The notes under the pieces: generated by a model
Seen by the model: the letters and a program-made list of their open reading frames with translations, nothing else
Database searches by the model: none
Told to the model about the DNA's origin: nothing
Position numbers and translations under genes: made by a program
Assembly (NCBI GenBank): GCA_951406725.2
Contig: OX597814.1
Location: 12,896,001 to 12,960,000 of the forward strand
Reading direction: 5' to 3'
Length of the DNA: 64,000 bases
Source of the DNA: Octopus vulgaris
Taxonomy: Eukaryota
Part shown: positions 42,998-55,168 of the stretch, in pieces
Layout: each line of letters begins with the position of its first letter
How positions within the stretch are numbered: the first letter of the stretch is position 1

Positions 42998-44625
42998 AAA
43001 GGAAGAACGAAAGTTAAACTATTAAAAAACAAAATGGGGGAAGTAAATACTTGGGAAGAAAATTAGGAAATAAAAGTGAGGGAATGAATATCATACATCG
43101 CACAAAAGAATAAGATGGGTATTGAAAATAATGAACACCATGAGGCTTCTGAAGGTGGCGACACTCTTAATGATAATAGTAGTTAATCTTTGCGACGTGT
43201 GGTAGCAGCGATGAACTGTACTTCTTGTTAGTCAGTGAGTTGGTGGTGATGACGTTGCTGTGACTTTCGTGTGATTTTACCCGTTCACTTTCATTATGTT
43301 GACAGTTTTAGAGCGCTAAATAAACCGTGTTTGTGGCGGAATTGCACGAGTCCAACATGTAAGAATTTAATATATAAACGTAAAAAAACACATTGAACAG
43401 AAACGTATACAGCATAAGATAACTAATTTTTGACTTCTTCATTAGAAAAATATATATATGGTAAAAAGTAAGTAACGTACGTTACATAGTGATATGTAAA
43501 TAGCGCTATCATTTTTGTAAGGACATTACACCGATTTTGCATATTATACATGTTGCTGTTTCTTATAATCGTATTAACCGCAAGCGGAAAGATTTTATGA
43601 AATTAAGAGAAGAAATAAGAGTATTTATTGTAGATTTATATTCATTTGCATTTAATGCACCACAAATAGAACGAAGTATATCAAGGAAACAATATTAAAT
43701 ATATATTCGATGATGGTGAACGCTATCGTTCACATATGTTTATGTATACATTACGGATATTGTAGTATAATAATTTAGCCGAACTCTCTGTAAATGGAAT
43801 TTTGAACATAAACGTCTGAACTTGCTATGTATATAGTGGAGACACGAAAACGAAACTTAGTGAAAATAGAAGTTGGACGCTGTTACATTTGCATGCAATA
43901 GATCTCCCAATTTAAGAGAAACATTAAAACGCAACAATAATAATAAACGGGTTTCTGCGTTGGACAGAAGCTGATATGGAACAGAATAAACGATTAATTC
44001 GATTGGGATGATTCTACAATTATTCAAAAACGTAGACGGAAAATTGACAACGGTATGGATGAATAAAAGTTAACGCGGTTTAAAGCACTTTGTCCAACTC
44101 TATCGATACATGGCACTCCAAATCCTTTCCGCAATATCGCCACTAAATCACTGAAATTATATTTGATATTGATCGTCCCTAGAATCTTTAGCCATGCCTT
44201 CTTTAGATGTGTTAGTTACTATTTTCAGATAAATCAATAGGAATAGCTTTGTAAGTTTCTATCAATATCAAACAATGTTCTGTTATTTAAAGAGTGCTAT
44301 GAAAAATGAAAACCAATATTTTCAGAATCAATTAGGACTACATTCTCTGCACACCGTATATATCAATCACAATCAACAAATTCTATTCAAATTATTGTAA
44401 TCGACGCTGCCCGCATACGCAACCCACGTTGTCGATTGTACATCTGCCTTGGACCCTGTGTCCACTCAATAATCAGTGTCCTTTACTTCCTTTCAACTCA
44501 CTCTCCAGCTTATTATCCTCAGTAACGCCTTACGACCATGCCACATTCCATTAGTTTCCTTGGAGTTATAATTTTGTACATACATACACACACAATTTTG
44601 TACATACATACACACACACATATGA

Positions 44626-44656
<31 letters not shown>

Positions 44657-44753
44657 CGTATAAATTCATTAATATATGAATATATGCACATATATCATAT
44701 ATACATATACATGTATTCATATATACATATGTATACATACATACACACACACA

Positions 44754-44805
<52 letters not shown>

Positions 44806-45000
44806 TATGGCTACTCCAACTGTGTTATGCTTAGTAATAGTACTTGTGATATACTGAGCAAATTACAATAAATCAAGTATCTACAATTGGTTCCTACTTA
44901 CATGTCACCATTGTGGTTGTTTGGAACACTCCATTGTATGTTGCGAGTGTAATTAAATGCTCATCACAAAGAGTCATCAGGTAAACACTTTATTGCATTA

Positions 45001-45297
45001 TGTTTGTTTGTTCCTTCTCGAGCCATGCCAGGCTCATAAGGGCCGGTTCCCGGTTTCCTTGACGTATAGGTTCCCCACCTGTTGGCCGGTCAGTCGAAGG
45101 TGAGATGCAAGATACACGAAGAAAGAATGAGAGAAAGCTGTCGCGAATGAGTCAGCAGAAATTCGCCATTACCTTCTGCTGGAGCCACGTGGAGCTTAGG
45201 TATTTCGCTCATAAACATACACATCGCTCGGTCTGAGATTCGAACCCGCGATCCCTCGACCGCGAGTCCGATGGTCTAACTACTAGGCCATATGCGT
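45001..45297 (-). mobile_element. tRNA-derived SINE, family D
   Basis: Minus strand A-box tggcctagtag, B-box gggttcgaatct, tail ccggcccttatgagcctggcatggctcgagaaggaac(aaac)n. Confidence 0.8.
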
Positions 45298-45518
45298 TCA
45301 CATTGCATTATGTTTCAAAGAGCTAACGTCTAGAGTTGGGTACATTGCGAGCATTTTGAGGGGGATGTAGAAGGAAATCAATTCACAAAGAAAGATAAAG
45401 TAGGTTTGAGAAACAAGAGATAGGGAGAAAGTAAAGCAGAAAGACAAAAAAGACAATATTAGGGATAAATCCTGGAAAAAGAAAGAGGAGGTTAAAAGGA
45501 AAATTATGTTCGACAAAT

Positions 45519-45586
<68 letters not shown>

Positions 45587-46640
45587 ACACACACACATAC
45601 ACACGCATATATATATATGAACATGATGAAATGAAAAAATAAATACACCCAATATATAAAGAAAGAGGAAGAGAGAAAGATAGGAATGCACGGTAAGAAA
45701 GAGAGCAGCAAGAGAGACATAAAAAAAAACTATAGATGCAGGCGTCAGTTAAGTTTGAGTAAGTTAAGATATTGGATTAAAATAGACTGGGAGAGGAATA
45801 TAAGAACATATATATATATATATATATATACCTAAATATACAAAGAATACACTTTCCCTGACAGTTGTAACTAATTTGAAATATCTAAATACATCCATCA
45901 TACAGAATACTCTACACAACGTGATTGAAACTATACCAGACGTAACTACACTTAAAAGAGGTAGGAAAAATGCTAATAAATCTGTCACTACCACCACCTC
46001 CGCTGAAATTTCCTTGAACGTTAATGCTGAAACTAATATTGGCATCACCACTACCACTAATGATGCTACAACCACTATCGCTGATCAGGCTGCTTGAAGT
46101 ATTATCAACATTAATAGGAGTACTGGTGGTGGTGGTGATATATGTTATTATGGTTGTAGTGGTCAAAATAGAAGTGGTAGGCATACAAATAATGATGGTC
46201 ACTCCCATCGGTTTCGATGTATGAGTGCATGAAAGAGAGGAGTTAATGTTAAAGGGAGTAATAGAAATAATGAAAACACCAAGCTGCATCTGCTTGCAAT
46301 GGATGTGTGAATGTTATTTTAGTGATTACTTCAACTTATAATTGTACCTAAAGACAGGTCTTCCTTTGACGCAATATATCTCCAATTGTGGTCATTCAGA
46401 ATGCGGTCATTTTTCATTCGAACAACATGTCCTAGCTATCTGCATTGAATTTCTATCAGCATGTTTGGACACTGGAGATATCACAGTTTTCTAAGATTTC
46501 GTCTCTGGATATCTTATCTTACCATTTTATGACGCAAACATATGACGCAAACATCACATGTAAAAGGGTTCAAGTTTCTTCGTATGTCTGTAGTAGGGAG
46601 TCCATGCTTCTTCCCCATACGAATAATAATAATAATAACG

Positions 46641-46695
<55 letters not shown>

Positions 46696-46699
46696 TAAT

Positions 46700-47607
46700 A
46701 AGTCTGCATTCATCAACAGTGAAAATTGTGTGAAGAAAGAAAAGCTTAAAGAGAAGAAGACAAAAAAGGAGACAGCATGGAAGGAAAAAAAATGTACGGT
46801 CAGTTTGCAAGAGATACGAAATCCAAGACATATACAGAAGTCCGGTGGCAATGGTGAGTGGGGTAACCTGAAAATAGAGGACTGAAGCACTGCCCTTCTA
46901 TGTGCAGCACAAGTATAAGCATTAAGGACTAAATATGTAAAGTGCAGCATCAACAACACTACCGAGAGCGACAAACCCAGAATGCGGGATGAGAGGAGTG
47001 AATCGGTATGGGATATTATTAGCGAAGGCCCGAAATTGGAATGACGCGATTACAAAAGATTACATGGCAATGTAACAAGAACGATACACTGGAAGCTCTG
47101 TGGAAATCACGGTTTACGAAGAGAAAATATGTGGTAGGAGCACACCCCAGAATGAGTGACTGAGGATGAGAATTGCAAACATTTCTGGGATGCGACGATT
47201 CAATGCGACACCTGACCAGACGTCAGAAACCGGACATTGTTGTGGTGAATAAAAAAAAGGACAAAATTGTATGATAAACGATATAACATATCCGGGTGAC
47301 AATAGGTTCAAAGAGAAAAAACAGAAGAAAAAGTAAACAACTACGACAATTTGAAGCGGGAAATAGGAAGATTGTGTCTATCAGTAGATTAGATAGGATA
47401 CCAAGGGCAATTTGCGAACTTGGAGGTATCAGCTTTCTACTGCCAACATGACTCAAAAAGCTTGGTATAAATGTAATGATAGAACACCTACAAAAATCAG
47501 CATTCCTTGGATCTGCAATGGCTAATAAACAAGTTTCACCTACTTTGATAGATGTGGACAGATGTCACTGTCCATCATAGCCAGCAAAAGCTGGGAGTTT
47601 TCAACAG

Positions 47608-47608
<1 letters not shown>
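46700..47608 (+). mobile_element. R4/Dong-type retrotransposon, 5'-truncated (CCHC + RLE + 3' UTR)
   Basis: TEALPFYVQ/ALRTKYVKC region, IHWKLCG, FLGCDDS/RRQKPDIVVVNKK, YDNLKREIGRL. Flanked by (AAT)n on both sides. Confidence 0.85.
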
Positions 47609-47668
<60 letters not shown>

Positions 47669-47672
47669 TAAC

Positions 47673-47717
<45 letters not shown>

Positions 47718-47718
<1 letters not shown>

Positions 47719-49449
47719 GACCATCGAGTTCTTAGATCTGCTTGGAATTTCGAGGAATCTCACGTTTTACCTGAAGAGAAGTATTGCGGGATTGAAAACT
47801 GAACTGACCTCTTACGGAAAAATCTTGGGTACCCTGGGTATCAGAAAATGTATTTTCCAGTGTGACAGCCTATCTCCGTTGCTTGTTGTTCTCTGTATGA
47901 CTCCCTTGACGTTGGTACTCAGCAACATGAACATGGGGTTCCAACTAAAGTAAAAATTCCAAACAAACAACCATCTCCTGTATGGCAAACATGGGGCACA
48001 TGTGAGTTCCTTGGTGAACACGGTCCACTGTTTTAATACTGATATTCGAATGGAATTTGGACTCAAGAGGTGCGAAATAATGTACCTAAAAATAGGCAAA
48101 GTACAGTCCCTAGCAGGGATAGAATTACCGAACAGAGAATTGATTAAGCAAATTGAAACGAAAGGATACCAATAGCTAGGTGTACAAGAGTGCAGCGATA
48201 ATGAAAAACGAAAAGAATGAGCAGCTGAGAATGGAGTATTCCCGAAGACTGATGTTGGTGCTGAAGTCAAAATTGACAGGATGGAATAAAATCAAAGCAG
48301 TTAATATGTGGACGATATCATTACTTCGGTATAGAGCGGGAATTATAAAATGGCAAAAGACAGAAGTGAAGAAAGTGAACACAAAGACCAGAAAAATGTT
48401 GACAGTACGCGGATCCTTCCACCCTAAGACTGACATAGATAGGCTGTACTTGTCCAGAAGAAAGGATGGGAGATGTTTGATCAGTTCCACAACTGCATGG
48501 AAGCTGAGGTAAACAGCCTAGGGTATTATATAAAAAATGCCGTGGAGCCATTGTAGAAACGCACTGAGAAGGCCTGCGTCATTATAACTGAAAATTGTCT
48601 AACTAAAGAAATGTTTAAGCAATAAAAACAGAAAACGCATAGAAGGAAAAAATGTACGGCCAGTTTGGAAGAAATATGAACGCCAAGACAGATACAGAGG
48701 ACCGGTGGCTATGGATGAGGAAGAGTGGCCGGAAGACGAGACAGAAGCACTCACATGCGCAGTCCAGGAACAAGCATTAAGGACCAGTTATATGAAGTGC
48801 ATAATTAACAATACCACCGATAGCGACAAAGCAGAATATGTGGCGAGAGGGGTGAAACGGCATGGCACATCGCTAGCGAAGGCTCGAAATTGGTACAACT
48901 CGAATACAAATGGTGCCAAGACAATGTGGCATTGGGAGCTCTGTGGAAATCATGGCCTACAAATAGCAAAGACGTGGTTGGAACAAACCACAAAAGGAGT
49001 CACTGAAAATATGATCAGCAAAATCCCCAGGGATGTAATGATCCAGAGCGACCGCCTAACCAAACCTAGAAAGCCGGACATTGATGTGGTCAATAAAAAA
49101 TATAGAGCATCTATGATTATCGATGTATCAACAGGATCAATGTGAAAGAAGAAAAAAGATACAAAATATACGACGATTCAAAGTGGAAAATACGAAGGGT
49201 GTGGCCAATAAATGAGTAGACGTGATACCAATAGTAACTGGTGCACTTGGAAGAATTAGCATTCAACTACCAACATGGTTGAAAAAGATCGGTGCAGGCG
49301 TGAAGATAGAAGGCCTACAAAATTCAGCATTGTTTAGAACGGCAACAATTCTTCACAGGGTTCTTGAAACATGACCAGTAAACATGTGTCACCTTAGTCT
49401 GCTGGCTGTTGACAGCTGACACATTCCATCATACTCAGCAAACTAAGGT

Positions 49450-49452
<3 letters not shown>
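47718..49452 (+). mobile_element. R4/Dong-type retrotransposon, 5'-truncated (RT C-half + CCHC + RLE + 3' UTR)
   Basis: IRKCIFQCDSLSPLL, NHLLY, DIRMEFGLKRC, KSKLTGWNKIKAVN, FHPKTDIDRLYLSRR, ETEALTCAVQEQALRT, RKPDIDVVNKK, IPIVTGALG. (AAT)n on both sides. The 3' UTR resembles that of 46700-47608. Confidence 0.92.
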
Positions 49453-49520
<68 letters not shown>

Positions 49521-49539
49521 TAACAACAATAACAACATC

Positions 49540-49670
49540 GAATAAGAAACCAGGTTCGAAATTTCCCCAAGATACCTGATGAAGGCTGGAGGGTGTTACA
49601 GACAAAACGTTGTGTTAACAACTATCAAGATGACGACAGATATCCGTCAAATGTAAATAATGTAAATAAT
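49540..49670 (+). mobile_element. Penelope-type pLTR fragment with degenerate hammerhead
   Basis: gatac-CTGATGA-aggctg...cagac-AAAA-cgtt-gtgtt (49571-49616): hammerhead layout with GAAA changed to AAAA. Confidence 0.6.
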
Positions 49671-49682
49671 GATAATAATATC

Positions 49683-49720
<38 letters not shown>

Positions 49721-49722
<2 letters not shown>

Positions 49723-50150
49723 TAAGTCAAGACCTACCAAAAACTGAGCAAATATAAAGATCTTGAAATAGAAATCAGCAAAATGTGGAACCTGAAGACT
49801 AAAACAATACCTGTTGTCATAGGTGCCCTGGGAATGATAGCGAAAGGGGCTGATTGCTACCTAACTCAGATACCAGGAAACCCCAAAATGGCAGAAATTC
49901 AAAAGATTGTGCTCATTGGAACTGCTCATATCCTACGCAAAATACTCTCTATGTAATCTCAAGGTTTAAAACAAACAATTTAAAAAAAAAATTATTTATT
50001 AGATATTCCCTAGTACAACACCCAAAAAACCCCAAATATATGTCACACAAAGCATAACAACAACGTGAACTTCCAACCTGTTGTCTCTTGAGGTCTCTGG
50101 GTGAGACTTGGAACCAACTTGTACAAACATAAAACAAAAGTCAAACATAG
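49721..50150 (+). mobile_element. R4/Dong-type 3' end (RLE tail + 3' UTR)
   Basis: KLSKYKDLEIEISKMWNLKTKTIPVVIGALGMI...IQKIVLIGTAHILRKILSM*, then a UTR and (AAT)n. Confidence 0.9.
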
Positions 50151-50163
50151 AATGATAATAATG

Positions 50164-50221
<58 letters not shown>

Positions 50222-50224
<3 letters not shown>

Positions 50225-51119
50225 AAACTAATACAAATAGCCAAAAAACACAAACAAAACAAAAAAAACTGTTTTCAGTCTATAAAAAAGAAGTCATAGA
50301 ACCTAACAATTATGAAGAAAAAGAAGATACAACAAAAGCTGTAAATCAAATGAAATCCAAACTAAAACTGAAATAGCAACGGATCATGATAAAACGAGGG
50401 CATGGAAAGCCCCTTCATGGCAAATACTGGGTCAAACTAAACGCAAAATGAAATAGTCAAAGCAAAATCCCAACAATTGTTGAGAAGCTTAGGACTCAAA
50501 GACTGAAGGAATTTTAAGTGCAGCACAAGACCAAAGCCTCCCTACCAGAAATTACCAAAACATATAGTGAAAATAAACATAAGTAACTGCAGAATATTTG
50601 GAGATGGACAAGACACAATAAACCATATTGTCTCTGGTTGTCGAGTCCTAGCTAAGAAGGAATATGTTCACAGACACGACATAGGATCTATATGCACTAG
50701 AAAATAGCGAACACTATGGAATCACAACAGATAAAATGTTGGTATAGGCACTCGCCAGAAAAGGTCACAGAAAACGAGAAAACAACCATACTTTGGGATA
50801 TGCCTATACACACAGATAGAGAAATTAAGGCCAATAGGCCAGATATAGTCGTCAGAGATCAAGAAGAAAAAATGCTTTCTAACCGATGTAACAATACCAG
50901 CAGATGACAACGTTTCTCTAAAAGGAACGGAGAAACTTTCAAAATACAAAGGCCTGCAAATAGAGGTAACTCGAATGCGGAATCTAAAAAACAGAAACAA
51001 TTACTATCATAGTAGGCGCATTAGGTATAATAGAAAATATTCAGGCAAATACATAACAAAAACACTAGGACTTACAAATATAGATAACATACAGAAAATT
51101 GCACTACTGGGTACTGCAC

Positions 51120-51120
<1 letters not shown>
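50222..51120 (+). mobile_element. R4/Dong-type fragment (CCHC + RLE), no 3' UTR
   Basis: KPLHGKYW, AAQDQSLPTRNY, CRIFGDGQDTINHIVSGC, HRHD, TILWDMPIHTDREIKANRPDIVVRD, IVGALG, IQKIALLGTA running straight into (AAT)n. Confidence 0.92.
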
Positions 51121-51193
<73 letters not shown>

Positions 51194-51227
51194 TAATAAT
51201 AATAATAATGATAACGATAATAATATT

Positions 51228-51781
51228 GCCCTCGTGCAGCACCAGGCAGTGGCTCTCGTGGCTTCTGATCTTAACTGATTGGAAGTGTTATCACGTACAT
51301 TGTTTTGTCTTTGTATAAAAGATGGGCTACAGCAAATATTCTGTTCAATACCAGAGATTTGCCTGTCATTTGTTTGACCTTAGCCAGTTGAGCATGTCCC
51401 TTAGTGGCTGACAATAAGTGTATCTCTGATCACGAGCAGAAATAGTGGGGGAGCATCATAGCCATGTCTTGAGAGGGATTCTTTGGGATTTGAATAATTC
51501 ACCTCTGGAAACATGGCTGTTTCGTTCAGCATCATTAAACAACCCTTATTCAGGGACCTTTTCACTGGGATGGGTTACTCGACCAGACGAAAATTCTAAC
51601 GGGTCCCCACCTGCAAGGTCATGTGCTGTTTATCTTGATATGAGATCACCATGTAGCGCACATATGGTTGTGATGCATATGCCTAATGTACAATTATCAG
51701 ACAGGTAGTCATGATTGGTATACTGGGCTTCGTATATTTTACACCAGTGTCACTTTGATGGCAATTGCTGCTCTCTTATTC
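51228..51781 (+). mobile_element. Non-coding ~550-bp interspersed element embedded in (AAT)n
   Basis: Three copies in the window (13541-13699 inverted, 51228-51781, 51852-52118), each adjacent to (AAT)n in the same polarity as the Dong fragments. Confidence 0.8.
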
Positions 51782-51846
<65 letters not shown>

Positions 51847-51851
51847 TAATA

Positions 51852-52118
51852 GATGCAGTACTAGGCAGTGGTTCTCATGTCTTCTGATCTTAACTGATTG
51901 GAAGTGTTATCATGTACTTTGTTCTGTCTTGGTATAAAAGATGGGCTACAGCAAATATTCTGCTCTATACCACAGATCTACTTTTCAGTTGTTTGACCTT
52001 AACCAATTGACCATGTCCCTTAGAGGCTGGCGATATGTGCATCTCTGATCATGAGCAGAAGTAGTAGGGGAGCATCATAGCCATGTGTTGATAGGGATGC
52101 TTTTGGGTTTGAATAATT
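51852..52118 (+). mobile_element. Second copy (5' half) of the non-coding (AAT)n element
   Basis: tgcagtactaggcagtgg...cttctgatcttaactgattggaagtgttatca...tttgaataatt matches 51235-51499. Confidence 0.85.
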
Positions 52119-52119
52119 G

Positions 52120-52388
52120 ACAGATCTTTTTAGTGAGAACGAAATATACACCGCCGGAAGTTGTTGTTGACAAACAACAGCAGTAATTTTATTCAGCTGA
52201 ATACACACCATTGATTGGTTGAAATTACCGAAATACGATAACTTTAAGACGAAATAACTTTGAAAATACAAAATTTTCTCAACAGCACTAGGAGTCAAAG
52301 ATGTTTTATATGACACATTCTACCAGTGTCCGAAGTTTGAAAGTGTTTAGATACAAACAATTAATTTTTTCGATCTGCCGTTCAAAGG
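52120..52388. mobile_element. Possible piggyBac-type MITE end
   Basis: Interrupts the previous element and ends gccgttcaaagg|TTAA (reverse TTAA|cctttgaacggc). The partner TIR is not seen. Confidence 0.35.
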
Positions 52389-52601
52389 TTAAAATCCTCA
52401 TTGAATTTTCTTGCTACTATTCCAACAATTTTCCAGAAAATTTACATTTAAATCAAGTCAATGTTTATATGGTTAACATGACTACCATCATCACCATCAC
52501 CTTTATTAGTGTTGTTGTAAGTGGAAGCGGTGTTAGTAGTAGTAATAGCCGTAGGCCTTATCGTTATTATTATTATCATCATTACAACTATCACCTTTAC
52601 A

Positions 52602-52685
<84 letters not shown>

Positions 52686-52809
52686 GTCCATTTACAAAAG
52701 GTTTGAATTTATCAATAACATTCTTTTCTCTAACGTTTCTCTCAACTTCTTTTGAGTTCTGTAGTTTGTAGGATGAGAATATTAGAAAGGGATCTGACGG
52801 ATATCAGTG

Positions 52810-53125
52810 TCTCTCATTTGCTCTCGGTGCACACGTGAAAATTCCGATAATGCAAGACATTTGATGCAGTAAAGTAAATTTTTGCTTTTGCATCTGCAAA
52901 TATTCTTCCGCTTTTTGTGTTCATATATTGATCGGTATGTATGAATTGACATGCAGCACATCGATTATCAACACATTTAGATACAATGAATGATTCATCA
53001 TTTTCGCCTAGGTCAAAATTTGCCTTTGTTACTAATTGTTTCAAGTTTATCTGACTGTCTTTTAATTCGAAACCGTAACCCGTGATCATATCCATTAATT
53101 CATTACATTCAGTAGTTATCAGCAT
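52810..53125 (-). mobile_element. Penelope-like linker/GIY-YIG fragment
   Basis: NLKQLVTKANF...SKCVDNRCAACQFI...TKSGRIF, equivalent to SLKRLITNAKL...KCGRPNCGTC in the 8 kb element. Confidence 0.7.
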
Positions 53126-53479
53126 GTTTGCTTTGGCAGAGTCACTATAAAGGTCATAACCTACAGTTCGTGTGATTCAGCATGCTGGAGCCCATCAGAC
53201 GGTATTGAAAGAATGAATTTAATCATTCCATTACAGTTGTCAGTTGTGGAAATCGACTGAACTCTGGGCGGGAATTGCAATAGGGACAATGCGGTGTACA
53301 AGTGCAATGTTGTACCACACAACAATATTTAATTTTTAAGGATCATCTACTGATTATAAAAAAGATCCTACACACATAAAACTTCCTTTTGCATCACAGG
53401 TCACTGTTATGTAACATTACTTATCGAATATATACTCAACATAGAATGACGAACAGTTGATAAATTGCAATGGTCTACA

Positions 53480-54250
53480 CTACATGTTGCGGATCCCTAT
53501 AAAAATGCTATCGATTGTGTTTAAATGAATCATTGGAAATCCTTGACAGGCGACAACATTCTTAATAGCAGAAGAGAATTATTACTTCTACTCACAGAAG
53601 TCCTAAACATTCAAATTCTTTGAGAATAAAACAAATAAGGATGATATTGAAAATTAACTCATACGTTGAGTATATATATATGATCTTGAGGATCCTATTA
53701 CTCAGTGGCTATTCGCCATCTTTAGCCAAACGGGTTTATCTAAAAAAAAAACAGACTGTAAAATGAGTACACTACATGAAAGGGGCGATAATCTCGAGTT
53801 TGAAATGTGCTTCCTTATACTACCCTACTTCAATAACAGAACCACTGTAGCCAAACAACATGCGATACGTAGAGAGGGAGTCAACATACAGACGGGGAGC
53901 ATGCTACCCGTTTGTCCCATGAACAACTTCAAAACGTATTCGAGGAATTTTGTGCTATATTATGTAATCTGCAGAAAATATGGGGCCTCCTACATTGAGG
54001 GCACCATCAGGAAATTGCACTTTAAAATAAAAGAACATATGCACGTAGATACTTCAGTCAAAAAAACCTAAAGAATTATCAGACCCAGTATTTCAATCTT
54101 AAAATCATGGTGTTCCTCCTTCTCAACACCTAGCCATTAACTGCCAAACAAGAATGAAATACAAGTAGTAGACTGGTTGCTATAGCAACATCAGTCTGTG
54201 CATGTCACCTTCCCCTTTCCTTCTTCCTCTCTACACATCTGAGTAACGAC
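53480..54250 (+). mobile_element. Penelope-like GIY-YIG fragment, decayed
   Basis: LILPYFNN...CP...VLYYVICRKYGASYIEGTIRKLHFKIKEH resembles VVY.I.C..C...YIG.T.R.L..RIKEH. Confidence 0.7.
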
Positions 54251-54394
54251 TTTTTCCAACCACGCTTTCCAAATGTCCAGAAGAATGGGATGGGTCATAA
54301 TCCCTAAATATAGGAACATGGAGTAATAATACAACATTGTTTTGGTTTTCATTATTTTTGTAGTTTATGTATATTGTCTCGCATTGTTCTAGTC

Positions 54395-54566
54395 CTAAAT
54401 CAACTAACCACATACAATATTTTCACTATTATAATTACACCTCGTGTCGAAACGAGCAAAGCAAGCTAACAGAAATTCATTAAAAAATTAGTTAACATGC
54501 TTTCCTCATTTCGACATGCGGTGTAATAATAATTGTGAAATTATTGTATGTGGTTAGACGATTTAG
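54395..54566. repeat. Long fold-back: 76-bp inverted arms, 20-bp loop
   Basis: Arms 54395-54470 and 54491-54566 (ctaaccacatacaata.tttcac...attacacc...gtcgaaa.gag.aaagca), roughly 85% matched by eye. Confidence 0.9.
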
Positions 54567-55071
54567 CGTCTTCATTTTTTTTTCAGTAAATTCACAAAAA
54601 AAAATGTTTTCTTTTGCTCTTATTCATAACTGTATTTATAATTTTCACCTTAAACGTTATTTTTCATATGCTGGCCACTGATAAAACTATTTTGAAACAT
54701 TTTATCCTCATATTAGAAATGTATATATATATATACAGAGAGAGAGAGAGAAAGAGAGAGAGATTTGACTATTGTCTGTTTTGGGGACATTTCTTCCATT
54801 ACTTTACAAAAACCTCACACACATATCAACTCTTGTTATATGTGCAAACGAAACATACAAAAGCAGCGTCATATCAGGCCGTGCAACTATATATTCCTCC
54901 CATTAAGTTGGAATATGATCAACGAAAGTGGCTATTTTTCGACTCAGAAAACCAAAGACGACAAAGGTGTCACTGTGTCAGTATTCTAAATATTCCATAC
55001 AGAATACCCATTAAATCTCATGAAAATATAGGAAAATATAGGAAAATATAGGAAAATACGCGAGAATTAGA

Positions 55072-55107
55072 GGCGCAGGAGTGGCTGTGTGGTAAGTAGC
55101 TTGCTAA
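55072..55107 (+). mobile_element. SINE family B, 5' head (split from its body by an insertion)
   Basis: ggcgcaggagtggctgtgtggtaagtagcttgctaa is identical to the head of the intact copy at 32147-32566. Confidence 0.92.
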
Positions 55108-55116
55108 TGGTTGCTT

Positions 55117-55168
55117 CTGCGCATGTGCGAGTCAGTGTTGTGTTTGGCACTGAAGCGGTGAAGACGTG
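55117..55168 (+). promoter_or_regulatory. Putative internal Pol II promoter of the ORF1-only element
   Basis: NRF1-like tgcgcatgtgcg, Inr-like TCAGT (55132-55136) and DPE-like AGACGTG (55162-55168, about +29 from the Inr A). Confidence 0.5.

Noticed and set aside
45764-46289. Overlapping Thr-rich and Val-rich ORFs on both strands
   Set aside because: Degenerate (ACC/ACT)n and (GGT)n low-complexity sequence with no splice or domain support.
46620-52120. Repeat-spacer pattern superficially like a CRISPR array
   Set aside because: The repeats are variable-length trinucleotide tracts, the spacers are 130-1700 bp retroelement pieces, the DNA is eukaryotic, and there are no cas genes.
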